This document shows, piece after piece, positions 1 through 9,837 of a DNA stretch of 64,000 bases. The translations under genes were made by a program, and so were the position numbers. How positions within the stretch are numbered: the stretch's first letter is position 1; the number at the start of each line of letters is the position of its first letter. The notes under the pieces are model-generated. The model was not told where the DNA came from. It made no database searches and saw only the letters and a list, made by a program, of their open reading frames with translations. Source of the DNA: Nitrosopumilus sp. (GTDB lineage Archaea; Thermoproteota; Nitrososphaeria; Nitrososphaerales; Nitrosopumilaceae). The DNA lies in NCBI GenBank assembly GCA_965206745.1, contig OZ242220.1, positions 1,536,001 to 1,600,000 on the forward strand, written 5' to 3'.

Positions 1-2847
1 CGTCATGGCTTTTCCTCCACGGCTATCAGCTAGGACAATGTGAGCTATAACACGGGTATTGGCTTGGTCTTGGGTTGGAGTAAATGTGAATAATCCGGAG
101 TCCCTATCAATATCTGCACCATCAGGAGCATCATCTGGATTGTCAGGCGATATGCTCCATCTTAGTTGTTCATCACCATCAGGATCAGTACCAGTCAGGT
201 CAAGTCGTACGGTATCTCCAGGATTAGGTGGGATAAAACCAGGAATGTCACCTATTACAGGGTCTTGGTTGGTGTTGTTTACAGTTATCCTACTAGTCTG
301 CCTCACTGATTCCCCAGAGCCGTCTGTAAATGTCCAGCCAAACTCAAAGGTTGCAGAATCGAGTGCATTGTCTACTGTATCATGGGAGACAACACCATCA
401 AAGATACCAGTGGTCGTATCCAGAGAAGATGCTATGACCTCTGGGAGGTTTCCAGATTTGATTCTGTATGTGGATATGGGGTCTATTGGATCTTCTACAG
501 GATTGTCAACTGCAGTAGACAGTGAAAGAAGCGAGCCACCCTCTGCTACTGTTTGTGCGTATTCATCAAATGACGGTGGTGTGTTGCTGTGAAATACAAG
601 TATTGTACCAGGCATTACTTCTGGGACTTGGCCAGAATTATCTGTATATGCCCACATAAAGTCATAGCGTTCAGGCTCAACATTTCCAGTTGATGTCGTA
701 TCAAATGGGAACGTGGCTGAAAAGTCACCGGTTTTACGATCAAGGGATTCTGCAATGAGAGTAGGCAGGGTGCCAAATGTTCGGAGTTCATAGTCAATTG
801 CTGCATCTCCTCCAGTTTCCTCAGGGTCGCTAACGAAACTAGAAAGACTGGGAATTTCCTCTCTTTCTCGTACCCCAGCATTATAAGGTAACACGGTAGG
901 CACTTCGTTAAGTGGTGGTGGTGTTATAACTATCGGAGCTACATCAAACGCAATAGGCACAGTCGCTGATGCCCTTGAAGGATCAGTCAGGACAATCGTA
1001 AATGAAATTGGGGTACCGCCATGCTCCTCGCCTGGAATCCACAAAAATTCACCGGTGGTTGGATGAATGGTTGCACCGTCATCGTTGGGCAATAGACTCC
1101 ATGTTGGAGCAGGTTCATCGTCTCCAGTGTCAGGATCCGTGCCGTTTAGAGTAAATGATATGTTGTCAAACTCTACAACACTCCTAGAGATACTAGATGA
1201 GATTGGATCTATTATTGGCAGTTGGTTGTTATTCGTTATAAGCAGTCGGCCCATCTGTATACCTGATTCCCCTGTCTCATCAGTATACCTCCATGTAAAG
1301 GAGACGGATGGGGGATCTGTAAAGGTAGCAGTATAGTCAAATGGGAACTTGACTGGCGGATCAAATTTACCAGTGATCTCATTCAGATTATCCATAATGT
1401 CGTCATAGTCAGAGTCTAGGATCTCAAATGTGACAGGCGTGTCCGGAGACAGACCGGGATTTATAACAGAATCGATGAGATTTGGAATATTTACGTCTTC
1501 ACGCACGGTGTGGTCATAATCAGTAAAGGATAAAATTCTCTGACTCCTTTGAGGAACCACCTCATCTGTATCACGTACATCAAATGTGAGGGTTTGAATA
1601 TCTGTATCTCCTTCAGAATCAGTAAAGGTAAATTCAAATTCAACTGCTGAATCACCGTGCCTGTCATCAGGCCTCCAGAAAAAGCGTCCAGTCTCTTCAT
1701 TAATCGTTGCATCCGTAGGAGTCTCAGATGAGAAAGCCCACGTTGTAACATGATCGTCACCATCAATACCAGGCAGCATAAATTCTATGATATCTCCCTT
1801 GTCAAGGTCGGTATCAATAGATGAAAGGTCACCTATTTTCGGTTCTCTATTAAGTACGGTAAATGTATGTGATAGAGATAATAATGGATCCCCAGTCACA
1901 ACCTCACCAAATACGCGAAATTCAAACGTGACAATTCTACCGATGTCCTCTAGTCCCGGAGTCCAGCTGAAGCTTCCGGTCTCTGAATCAAACGTTGCAG
2001 TCTCATTAGTTGGAGATATGGTGTATGTTATAATACCAAAAACATTCTCGGGTTTCAGCTGAAATTCTATGAATTGATTTGCGTGAAGTGTGTCAGGGAC
2101 GTCATCTCGAATGTTTACCGTAAAAGAAAGGCCGCCATCATTGACCAATAGTGTACCACTTGACCTTTCCAGTACTCCTCCGAGGCCGTCATCATAACTC
2201 CAAATAAAATTATACCTAGTCTGGTCCTGCACGATAAATGGGAACTTGTCTGAAAAGTCACCAGTTATAGGATCCAGAGATTCTGCGACGTGGTCAGGCA
2301 AATCACCACTCTCATACGTGTACATAGGTGTGGCACCAGATGGTATTCCATCAAGATATGTAATTGCATTAGAGAGACCAGGGAGGGCATCATTCTCGTC
2401 TATCTCTTCGGAATACTCAACAAAGTCTGGCAGTCGGTGTTTTACAAACAAATCAAATTCCCTCATTGCAGTAACTCCCGCCTGAGTCGCAGTCAGAGTA
2501 ACATGACATGTCTTGCCGGCATCTGCAGAAGGTGGTCTCCAGGTGAGAACTCCACGTCCAAGAAGACTTAAAATGTTATCATCACTTATTGCACAGTTAT
2601 CACTTGAGACCCCCCAGCTAACAAATTGGAAGCTAAAGGTTGATGTGGTAAATACAAATCTAAACCGGTCTTCCACAATCCCTGTCCTGTCAGAATCGTC
2701 AAACTCATTTGGAAGGTCTATGGATAAGACAATTATTGGTTCTGTTATCACCTGATGCTCTTCTATAGGTGGGTCTGATTGGGCAAATACGGGAATCGTT
2801 GCCAAAGATAAAACTAGACAAAATCCAACTACAAGTGCAATATTCAA
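1..2847 (-). CDS. Giant secreted surface protein with cadherin-like/Ig-like repeats (partial, runs off the left edge); paralog of 30304-45960
   Basis: Absent from the ORF track because there is no stop in the window. I translated the two ends by hand; they are in the same frame. From TTG at 2847 it reads MNIALVVGFCLVLSLATIPVFAQ (signal peptide), then LPNEFDDSDRT...RFRFVF...LTWRPPSADAGKTCHVTLTA, matching LPSAFEDSDRTKSVDEPFRFVF...FRWTPAPTDGGAICQV in the 5218-aa protein. A TTATATATAA box lies at about 2867-2876. Confidence 0.85.
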   Translation of the reverse strand, partial: MNIALVVGFCLVLSLATIPVFAQSDPPIEEHQVITEPIIVLSIDLPNEFDDSDRTGIVEDRFRFVFTTSTFSFQFVSWGVSSDNCAISDDNILSLLGRGVLTWRPPSADAGKTCHVTLTATQAGVTAMREFDLFVKHRLPDFVEYSEEIDENDALPGLSNAITYLDGIPSGATPMYTYESGDLPDHVAESLDPITGDFSDKFPFIVQDQTRYNFIWSYDDGLGGVLERSSGTLLVNDGGLSFTVNIRDDVPDTLHANQFIEFQLKPENVFGIITYTISPTNETATFDSETGSFSWTPGLEDIGRIVTFEFRVFGEVVTGDPLLSLSHTFTVLNREPKIGDLSSIDTDLDKGDIIEFMLPGIDGDDHVTTWAFSSETPTDATINEETGRFFWRPDDRHGDSAVEFEFTFTDSEGDTDIQTLTFDVRDTDEVVPQRSQRILSFTDYDHTVREDVNIPNLIDSVINPGLSPDTPVTFEILDSDYDDIMDNLNEITGKFDPPVKFPFDYTATFTDPPSVSFTWRYTDETGESGIQMGRLLITNNNQLPIIDPISSSISRSVVEFDNISFTLNGTDPDTGDDEPAPTWSLLPNDDGATIHPTTGEFLWIPGEEHGGTPISFTIVLTDPSRASATVPIAFDVAPIVITPPPLNEVPTVLPYNAGVREREEIPSLSSFVSDPEETGGDAAIDYELRTFGTLPTLIAESLDRKTGDFSATFPFDTTSTGNVEPERYDFMWAYTDNSGQVPEVMPGTILVFHSNTPPSFDEYAQTVAEGGSLLSLSTAVDNPVEDPIDPISTYRIKSGNLPEVIASSLDTTTGIFDGVVSHDTVDNALDSATFEFGWTFTDGSGESVRQTSRITVNNTNQDPVIGDIPGFIPPNPGDTVRLDLTGTDPDGDEQLRWSISPDNPDDAPDGADIDRDSGLFTFTPTQDQANTRVIAHIVLADSRGGKAMT

Positions 2848-3208
2848 TGAGGATATTCAAATCTAATTATATATAACCTATTAGAAATTGTTTTGCATAT
2901 TCCCAGTTCATATTTTAAATATTCAATCCCATACGCAGTTTCTGACAGTCTCATTGAACAAATCAAGGCAGGCTGTATGATCATTTCAGAAATGTAACCA
3001 CAAAGGCCTGCGGCATGACAGATTCACCATATGACTTGGGCTCCAAGGAGGATACCAGATACACGTTGCAACATCTCAGGCTGTCTGAGATGTCACATAG
3101 CTGCAGATACCAAGGGTGCCAACAGTTTCGTGCTTGCCGGCAACAACCATGCAAGGACAGATTCACATCTGACACATTTCGGGCAGGAAAAAATTTAAAA
3201 TAAAAAAG

Positions 3209-3283
3209 CGCCCTCGGCGGGATTTGAACACGCGTCTCAGCCGTGACAGGGCCGAATTCTAGACCGGGCTATACTACAAGGGC
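3209..3283 (-). tRNA. tRNA-Asp (GTC)
   Basis: The reverse complement GCCCTTGTAGTATAGCCCGGTCTAGAATTCGGCCCTGTCACGGCTGAGACGCGTGTTCAAATCCCGCCGAGGGCG folds as a cloverleaf with anticodon GTC. CCA is not encoded. Confidence 0.95.
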
Positions 3284-3379
3284 ACAGATTCTTTGAATCA
3301 AAATGCCAGATTAAAAGTTTCTGCAACAACAAAATATTTTGTAAAAGGCTAAATTATACGCCAAAGGCATTTTTTACGA

Positions 3380-3453
3380 GGGTCTATGGCGCAGCCAGGT
3401 AGCGCACCGGACTTTTAATCCGGTTGTCGAGGGTCCGAATCCCTCTAGACCCG
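3380..3453 (+). tRNA. tRNA-Lys (TTT)
   Basis: GGGTCTATGGCGCAGCCAGGTAGCGCACCGGACTTTTAATCCGGTTGTCGAGGGTCCGAATCCCTCTAGACCCG. The acceptor stem is GGGTCTA/TAGACCC and the anticodon loop is CTTTTAA. Confidence 0.95.
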
Positions 3454-4026
3454 CCTTCCATACCTTCAAAGAGCATTCCCCTCATTCAGGCAACATCACA
3501 CAAAGTCCCAATATGCAGAAGACACTCCAAAGATTGCAAATAATCTCAAGACGGTACAACCACCAGTGGCAGTCCATAAAACATGCGATAAATTGCAATG
3601 AAATTTCCAATCCAGGGGATATCAAACTGCACAAGATTAGATTCCTGATAACCATTGGCATCAGATGGACTGATTTTGAATCATCTGGTCTGAGTGGACA
3701 AGTTCCAGATACTTTTAATCGTATTTAATGTTGTTCTAAGAGACGTGTGGGGAATCCACATCTCCAAGTGATCAAAGGCAATGACGTATGCATCTTTTGG
3801 CAACCATCAATGTTTACCATGCAACATTGCAGACAGGTACATTCTAAGACGTGCAAGGATCTGGCATGACTCAGGCTGCTTGATTCCTTGCCGGCACGAG
3901 TCTGTCCTGCCATTCCAAACATTGCGGTGCAATACAGTGTGTTTTGTGTGCAGTACTGCCAAAGGAGAGAGGTGTCGTGTCAGATAGACACCAGTGTTTT
4001 TTATATTTCAAAGAGAATCAAGCCAT

Positions 4027-4110
4027 ATGAGCCCAGAAGATGAAAGGATAACTGACGAACTCATTGAAAAGTACTCTGATCTTTTAGATGATCTTGCTCA
4101 TGATGGCTAG
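4027..4110 (+). CDS. 27-aa acidic micro-protein (MSPEDERITDELIEKYSDLLDDLAHDG)
   Basis: Below the ORF-track cutoff. A TTTTATAT TATA-like box lies about 20-28 bp upstream, and the peptide has an amphipathic helical pattern. Confidence 0.4.
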   Translation: MSPEDERITDELIEKYSDLLDDLAHDG

Positions 4111-4635
4111 ATTCTAAAACATGCAAGGCTGCATTTGCGGCACGTTTTGTAAAGCCCAACTGCATGGCAGATCACCAATAGATGGAGCCCAACTAAGATC
4201 CGACCCTTGCACATCTTTTTACACGGTGAATCAGACTGCAGTCATGACATTCATCAAATCCATGCAGATACTCTACTTAACAAGTACTTGGCACATGCAA
4301 GTTGCCAAAGATATAACATCAGACCATACATCAGGGTGCCAGGATCCCAGTACCTCCAATGGGATGATGTCTGGTTTGAAAAAGACATCACAGCAGAGAT
4401 CCAAGTATTCAGTTGCCACTCTCCAGTATCAGCGTGCCACTTTGAGGGATATCTCAAGACCATCCCCATACAACCATGCAAAGCCAAAGATCAGAGTCCT
4501 GCAGAGGGATATATTGCCAAGTCCACAGGTTCCCACATTCAAAATCTACAATCATGGCAGACTGCCGCATTCTGTATGGGAAACATCACACCAGGAACAT
4601 GCCCTCGCTTAATATGAAAAGGCCCTCACACAGTC

Positions 4636-5349
4636 ATGATCTATCTACTACTGATGGTATTGCTGCTTGCATTTGGAATACCAGACTATGCAGGTGCAGA
4701 TTCCTGGAGGATGGGACAGGGACTAGGTCAGGGGGATGCATTTGACTATCACATCTGCGATGAGCGATTCCATGACAGGTATACAGGGGATCGCAGCAGG
4801 TGTTACAACATTTCACTATACATTGCCAACGTCATTGACATCAGAGGCGGCACACTCCATCTTGTAACTGCAGCTACAAGTGATTATACAGGTACGGCAG
4901 AGAGGCTGTTTCTCATTAATCCTCAAAGGTGCGATGTGAAACACATATTCCCAGAGGATGCAGACTATGCCGACTCGCTGCAAGGTACCATACTCTGGAG
5001 GAATACCTGTGGAATACCAGTGGATACCGCACACGGATCCCAGTCTGTTCTGCTTGAGCGAGGCAACATGCAGTCGGCACTCACACTCTCAGATGTAATA
5101 GTTGCCAAAAACGGGGCTTTACAGTATACGGCAATACACGACTCTTTTGAGTCAAGCCACTTTACGATAAACGAGGCGCTGCCGCTGCCCGTATCATCGG
5201 AGATATTCACCTACGGCCCCACCGTACAGACTGCAAGGCACCTGTTCTCATTTGAGATGAGAGACTATTCCTCACCTCTCGAGGAGAACCAGGACAGCTC
5301 TGGCCTTCCGCAGATTCGCAACGGCCACTTTGAGGTGAACCGGGAATAA
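4636..5349 (+). CDS. Secreted hypothetical protein
   Basis: 237-aa ORF with a clear signal peptide (MIYLLLMVLLLAFGIPDYAGA). It ends 2 bp before the next gene. Confidence 0.8.
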   Translation: MIYLLLMVLLLAFGIPDYAGADSWRMGQGLGQGDAFDYHICDERFHDRYTGDRSRCYNISLYIANVIDIRGGTLHLVTAATSDYTGTAERLFLINPQRCDVKHIFPEDADYADSLQGTILWRNTCGIPVDTAHGSQSVLLERGNMQSALTLSDVIVAKNGALQYTAIHDSFESSHFTINEALPLPVSSEIFTYGPTVQTARHLFSFEMRDYSSPLEENQDSSGLPQIRNGHFEVNRE

Positions 5350-5351
5350 AT

Positions 5352-7862
5352 GTGGCACTTCCGCTGATCGTCTCAGCTGTTTTGCTGTCGATACTTGGCA
5401 TGTACGGTGCCGTCACGGATTCAGAGTATGCCATGACACAGAGATCACTTGGTGCAATAGAGCAGCTAGCAGAGAGGAGAGGCGAGGTTCTTGATGGTGC
5501 CGTCTCAGACGGACAGATAACACTTGAGAGTCACTCTGCAGCAGAGAGCAGGATATTTCTCATTGACTTTATTTTACATGACGGCAAAAGAAAGCGCGTC
5601 ATATACTCGGATCAGGATACATTTGATGATGCAACGCCGGCTTTGGAGATTCGCAAGAGTCCAAGAGATGCCCCGCAGATAAGCCCCGGAACAAGGGAGA
5701 CTGTCAGCCTGCACGGCATGGGAATTGATCCCGGCGAGGTCTCATCTGCATCCGTACTGACATACAACGGAAACAGGTTCCCCATAGACTGGGATGTGCA
5801 GGGGGGCAACGGCACATCAACTAACAGTGGGAGTGGCCAGTCCACAATTGACGGGATGGGGATAAACGCAAGGATAATCCAGGTTGACTTTGAGGAGTCA
5901 AGGGTCATGCACGGCTCGAATCTTGCAGGTACGTACCAATCAATCAAGCCGTACGTTACAGTGAGTCAGGATACAGACTTTATAGCACTGGTAAAAGAGT
6001 CAGAAGGGAGAATTGTCCTCCCCATTCCAGAGTTCTCAAAGTCATACGTGTATCACGCCGATTCCCTAGATGAGAGGATCACCGAGAGGTCAACTGTACT
6101 AAGACCGGAGAGGACATCGGCGTTAAATCAAGGCATCACATACGGGTATGACGGCAGTGCAGTTACACTCTCCGGCACCGGAAACATCTTTGTAAAGCCG
6201 CATGCCCTCACCGACGAGAACCTCGTCATGGAGGCAACACTGGAGAATGCACAGCTCAGGATTATCTCAAGTCCGCTTGATCTGACGTCACTAATCAAGG
6301 ATGAAAGAGGGTACGTCATATACCAGGATACAGCGCCGAGAAGGGAGACAGTATCAGACAGCCTTTGGAGTATAGTGTCGTATCCAGACCTGCTCGTGCC
6401 AGACGGTACTGAACTGTACGGCTCTTACAACATGTCACTTGAGTGCCTTGGCAGCGCAAGGTATTCAGAGTGCCACCAGTATCCCAAATTTCCGCCACTC
6501 CAGCCGCACCCCAAATGTATCGGGGGCCACTGCAGGACAGAGCACATCCACCTGTTCTCTGACTCTGGAGAGTCAGTGATTACTACATCTGATGCAGGCA
6601 GACAGATGTCAGTCTCCAAGATGACGACAGATGGAAACAAGAAATTCTCCTATGACAGAATACGCGGCAGCTACAACCATACGCTGTATGCCCCCACACC
6701 ATGGCATGAAGAGTACCACTTTGCAGAGTCCTTTGAGCGACAGATATCGCTGCCTACAGACTCGTACATTATGGTATCCCTCAACTCCGGCACTGCAGTA
6801 ATTGAGGGCAAGTCAGTATCCCATGATACAGAAACACACTTTCTCAGAGTCGAGGGACTGATACCACACGTGCCGTATCAGATTGCAAAGAATGGTTCTG
6901 TCATTGCAGGCGGAATGACTGATGAGTCAGGCAGGATCATAATTGATGACACGCTGCACGTCACAGACGGCCTGCTGTATCTGTATCCGGACTCGCTTGT
7001 TTACCGCGGCAGCTGGGACGGTCTGGCCATGGATATTCTAAATCGGGGCATCCTCAGGATGCCTGCCCTGCAGGATACGATATACATCACACATGCGTAT
7101 GCTGCCATTCCGGTAACTGGCGACATAACGGTGACACATGTGAGCCTTGATGGAACAATGCAGATAAAATACCTTGAGGGGTCGTACTCGGATGGTGACA
7201 CGATACATGTTCCGGTGGTTCCAGGGTACCACACCATACGCCTTGGGATCAACGGGGTGAATGCATCACTTGCATACGGCAACATACTTGGAGGAACAGG
7301 AATCACCATTGCAGAGCCAGAGTCATCGACCATACGCAAAAGTGCATCAGGGCCAATACACCATGCAGAGGCAGTCGCAGGTACAGTGGCATATGCCATT
7401 GCAGCCTCAGATGGAACCCTCAAGGCAGCAGTATCAGAAACCATATCTGGCACCGTACACATACAAAACACGTACCAGTTAGAAAAGAATCCGCCTCCAC
7501 CCCCGCCACCGCGCAGGGCAGACCCGCTGTCTGGATGGGTCGATATACATCTCAACGGCAAGCTCGTAGAACAGAGGCAGCTCGGAGTCAACCCGTATCC
7601 CGACTTTGATCAGGAGAGTTTCAGGGATGGCTCAAAGATAGTGCAGAGTGTGACGTATTCATATCCGGACTATACCCTCTCTGCTGCAATCTCAGTACCT
7701 GTAAAGGCAGGAGACTTGGTAGAGTTTTTCGTGTATGCCAGAATCTACGGGAAGATAGACAGGTACGACCCGCCCCAGGGATACCACGTAAGCTCAAGTG
7801 CAGGCCAGTCTGCTGCAACTGCAACAATCGGCTCGGCATACATCACTACAGACGGCAACTAG
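5352..7862 (+). CDS. Large membrane-anchored/secreted protein with an archaeal pilin-like N-terminus (putative minor pilin/adhesin)
   Basis: 836 aa. An N-terminal hydrophobic helix is followed by an amphipathic helix (EQLAERRGEVL) and beta-strands, with a poly-Pro linker near the C-terminus. It sits next to a TadC-like gene. The pilin call is inference. Confidence 0.65.
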   Translation: MALPLIVSAVLLSILGMYGAVTDSEYAMTQRSLGAIEQLAERRGEVLDGAVSDGQITLESHSAAESRIFLIDFILHDGKRKRVIYSDQDTFDDATPALEIRKSPRDAPQISPGTRETVSLHGMGIDPGEVSSASVLTYNGNRFPIDWDVQGGNGTSTNSGSGQSTIDGMGINARIIQVDFEESRVMHGSNLAGTYQSIKPYVTVSQDTDFIALVKESEGRIVLPIPEFSKSYVYHADSLDERITERSTVLRPERTSALNQGITYGYDGSAVTLSGTGNIFVKPHALTDENLVMEATLENAQLRIISSPLDLTSLIKDERGYVIYQDTAPRRETVSDSLWSIVSYPDLLVPDGTELYGSYNMSLECLGSARYSECHQYPKFPPLQPHPKCIGGHCRTEHIHLFSDSGESVITTSDAGRQMSVSKMTTDGNKKFSYDRIRGSYNHTLYAPTPWHEEYHFAESFERQISLPTDSYIMVSLNSGTAVIEGKSVSHDTETHFLRVEGLIPHVPYQIAKNGSVIAGGMTDESGRIIIDDTLHVTDGLLYLYPDSLVYRGSWDGLAMDILNRGILRMPALQDTIYITHAYAAIPVTGDITVTHVSLDGTMQIKYLEGSYSDGDTIHVPVVPGYHTIRLGINGVNASLAYGNILGGTGITIAEPESSTIRKSASGPIHHAEAVAGTVAYAIAASDGTLKAAVSETISGTVHIQNTYQLEKNPPPPPPPRRADPLSGWVDIHLNGKLVEQRQLGVNPYPDFDQESFRDGSKIVQSVTYSYPDYTLSAAISVPVKAGDLVEFFVYARIYGKIDRYDPPQGYHVSSSAGQSAATATIGSAYITTDGN

Positions 7863-7903
7863 CGCGGAAACCTGATTTTTAAGCCAATCATCCCACTTTA
7901 CAT

Positions 7904-9757
7904 GTGGGTGCGACACTTCTGCTCTTGGCATTTCTCATGATGCTTGCAGTTACTACACTATATCACGGCCATCTTGAGGCATTTGCCGCATTAGCAATTC
8001 TCTTTGGCATGTCTGTTACATTAAGGATATTCTCAAAGACTCCCCGCAAAAAACCCGAGTCTACAGACAAGTTTGTAGTTGATGTTACACAGAGAAGGAC
8101 AGGTACACTTTACAGGATGGGATTATACCTTGTCAGGCTTTATCCCATCTCTGCCCTCTTTGGATATGAGATGCAAAGAGTCGAAAAAAAGACGCCGTAT
8201 ACTGGCAGGACAGTCAACGCAAAGCGCTTTACGGTGCAGACAGGCATCGTGACTGTTCTCTGTATCATATCCCTCGGTATAGTCATCCCAATAGCTGCTA
8301 CACAACTTGAGATGCCATCACTGTATCTTCTGATGCCTGCCCCCCTTTTGATCCCGCTTGCAGCACCGCTGCTCTTGGATGTAATCATCAGCGAGAGGAG
8401 GACCAAATCCGCATCAGAGTTTCTTGCATTTGTCACGTATGCCGGAATCATGCATACGGTACAAAAGACAATGTTCTGGACCATGCAGTCAGTGTGCAGC
8501 TCTGCAATGTTCTGCCAGCTAAGCGATGACTCGCAGATCGTGCTGAGGTACGCCAAGGGTGGTGGGGAGGAGGAGGGATACTCTATAGTGCTGATGGCAA
8601 GGTACCATCCAAACCGCATGCTGCGTGAGTTTCTTGAAAAGTACGTCTCCTACATCCCTACAAACGCCACCCGGCTTGCAAACTATGTAGAGGCAGTCAG
8701 GGAGGAGTCGCTGCAAGGTACCATACAAAAGATAGCATCCTATGCAGACTCTGCAAACATGATATTCTTCATGGGAACCATGACAGTGTCAATACTGCCA
8801 ATCATGCTTACTGTGATGGCGTTTCTGCCGTCCTCCGGGTTTGACGGGGCGTCATTTATCGGAGTAATGTTTGTGCTTCCCCTGGCATTTGTGATATTTC
8901 CCGTGTTTCTCTCCGCAGGCAGCGTATTTTTGCAGTCTGCCAAAAGACTCTCAAGGGTGTCAGCAGTTGCCGGAGCAGCATCGTTTGTACTGTTACATAT
9001 CATGCTGCCAGAGCACCTGCTGGTATCTGCAAGTATCTCAGTTGCAGTATTTTCTGGCATCAACTGGGGGGCAAACGCAAGGGCAGACTGGGATGCCCTG
9101 CATGCAGACAGGGAACTGCCAGACATGCTTGACTATATCGCAGAGCAGAAAAAGTCAAACAGCGACATGATGCAGATATTCTCAGAGTATGCCGCACTGC
9201 CAAACACAGCCGGTGCCATAAGGGAGATACTATACAGCATCTCATCGGAGATTCTGCAGAGACAGTCAGGCGAGGCGTTTCTTGGGAGAAAGTTCCCAAG
9301 CAGGACAGTCCAGTTTGTCTTTTTTATGCTTCATGCAATATACGAGCACGGCGGGGGAACCTACGAGACTGTCGTATCCATGGCGCACTCGATGAGAAGG
9401 ATTGCAGAATTAAAGGAGGCCTTTGCCGCATCATCTCGACTCTCAGTGGGCATCGCAGTCCTCTCGCCTGCAGTCTTTATGTTCTGTGTAATGATGACAT
9501 CCTTTATGACGTTTGGCGTATCAGGGGATGACACGCTGCCAACTGCCATGACGGTAAGGTCCGATGACGTGGCAGGTATCGTGGAATCACTCAAGCCAGT
9601 CTCGCTGATCATCGCAGTTGCAGGCGGACTTGGAGTCTCGCGCGCAGTCTGCTACTCGTTTCTGCAGACACAGTATTTGTTCCTTGCAACCATAACGTCC
9701 ACTGCATGCCTTCTGCTCTGGGATACACTCTTTGATGCTTTGCAGGGACTGGTGTAG
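7904..9757 (+). CDS. Type II secretion system F / TadC / FlaJ-like membrane platform protein
   Basis: 617-aa polytopic membrane protein with two soluble segments (ERRTKSASEFLAF..., DRELPDMLDYIAE...) each followed by TM helices. It is adjacent to a secretion ATPase. Confidence 0.8.
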   Translation: MGATLLLLAFLMMLAVTTLYHGHLEAFAALAILFGMSVTLRIFSKTPRKKPESTDKFVVDVTQRRTGTLYRMGLYLVRLYPISALFGYEMQRVEKKTPYTGRTVNAKRFTVQTGIVTVLCIISLGIVIPIAATQLEMPSLYLLMPAPLLIPLAAPLLLDVIISERRTKSASEFLAFVTYAGIMHTVQKTMFWTMQSVCSSAMFCQLSDDSQIVLRYAKGGGEEEGYSIVLMARYHPNRMLREFLEKYVSYIPTNATRLANYVEAVREESLQGTIQKIASYADSANMIFFMGTMTVSILPIMLTVMAFLPSSGFDGASFIGVMFVLPLAFVIFPVFLSAGSVFLQSAKRLSRVSAVAGAASFVLLHIMLPEHLLVSASISVAVFSGINWGANARADWDALHADRELPDMLDYIAEQKKSNSDMMQIFSEYAALPNTAGAIREILYSISSEILQRQSGEAFLGRKFPSRTVQFVFFMLHAIYEHGGGTYETVVSMAHSMRRIAELKEAFAASSRLSVGIAVLSPAVFMFCVMMTSFMTFGVSGDDTLPTAMTVRSDDVAGIVESLKPVSLIIAVAGGLGVSRAVCYSFLQTQYLFLATITSTACLLLWDTLFDALQGLV

Positions 9758-9837
9758 ATATCATCATACATTTCAAAGGCAGCGGTTTTAGTGTCACCTG
9801 ATACTTTGCAGGTCCGACAAGTTTGGCTGCACGAGTA

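Noticed and set aside
59-2755. Short ORFs listed in the track for the first 2.8 kb
   Set aside because: They overlap the long - strand frame 1-2847, which has a signal peptide and a paralog.
3460-4620. ORFs 3513-3728, 4121-4612 and 4207-4617
   Set aside because: They overlap in different frames, have atypical composition and show no recognisable motifs. Probably non-coding or decayed DNA.
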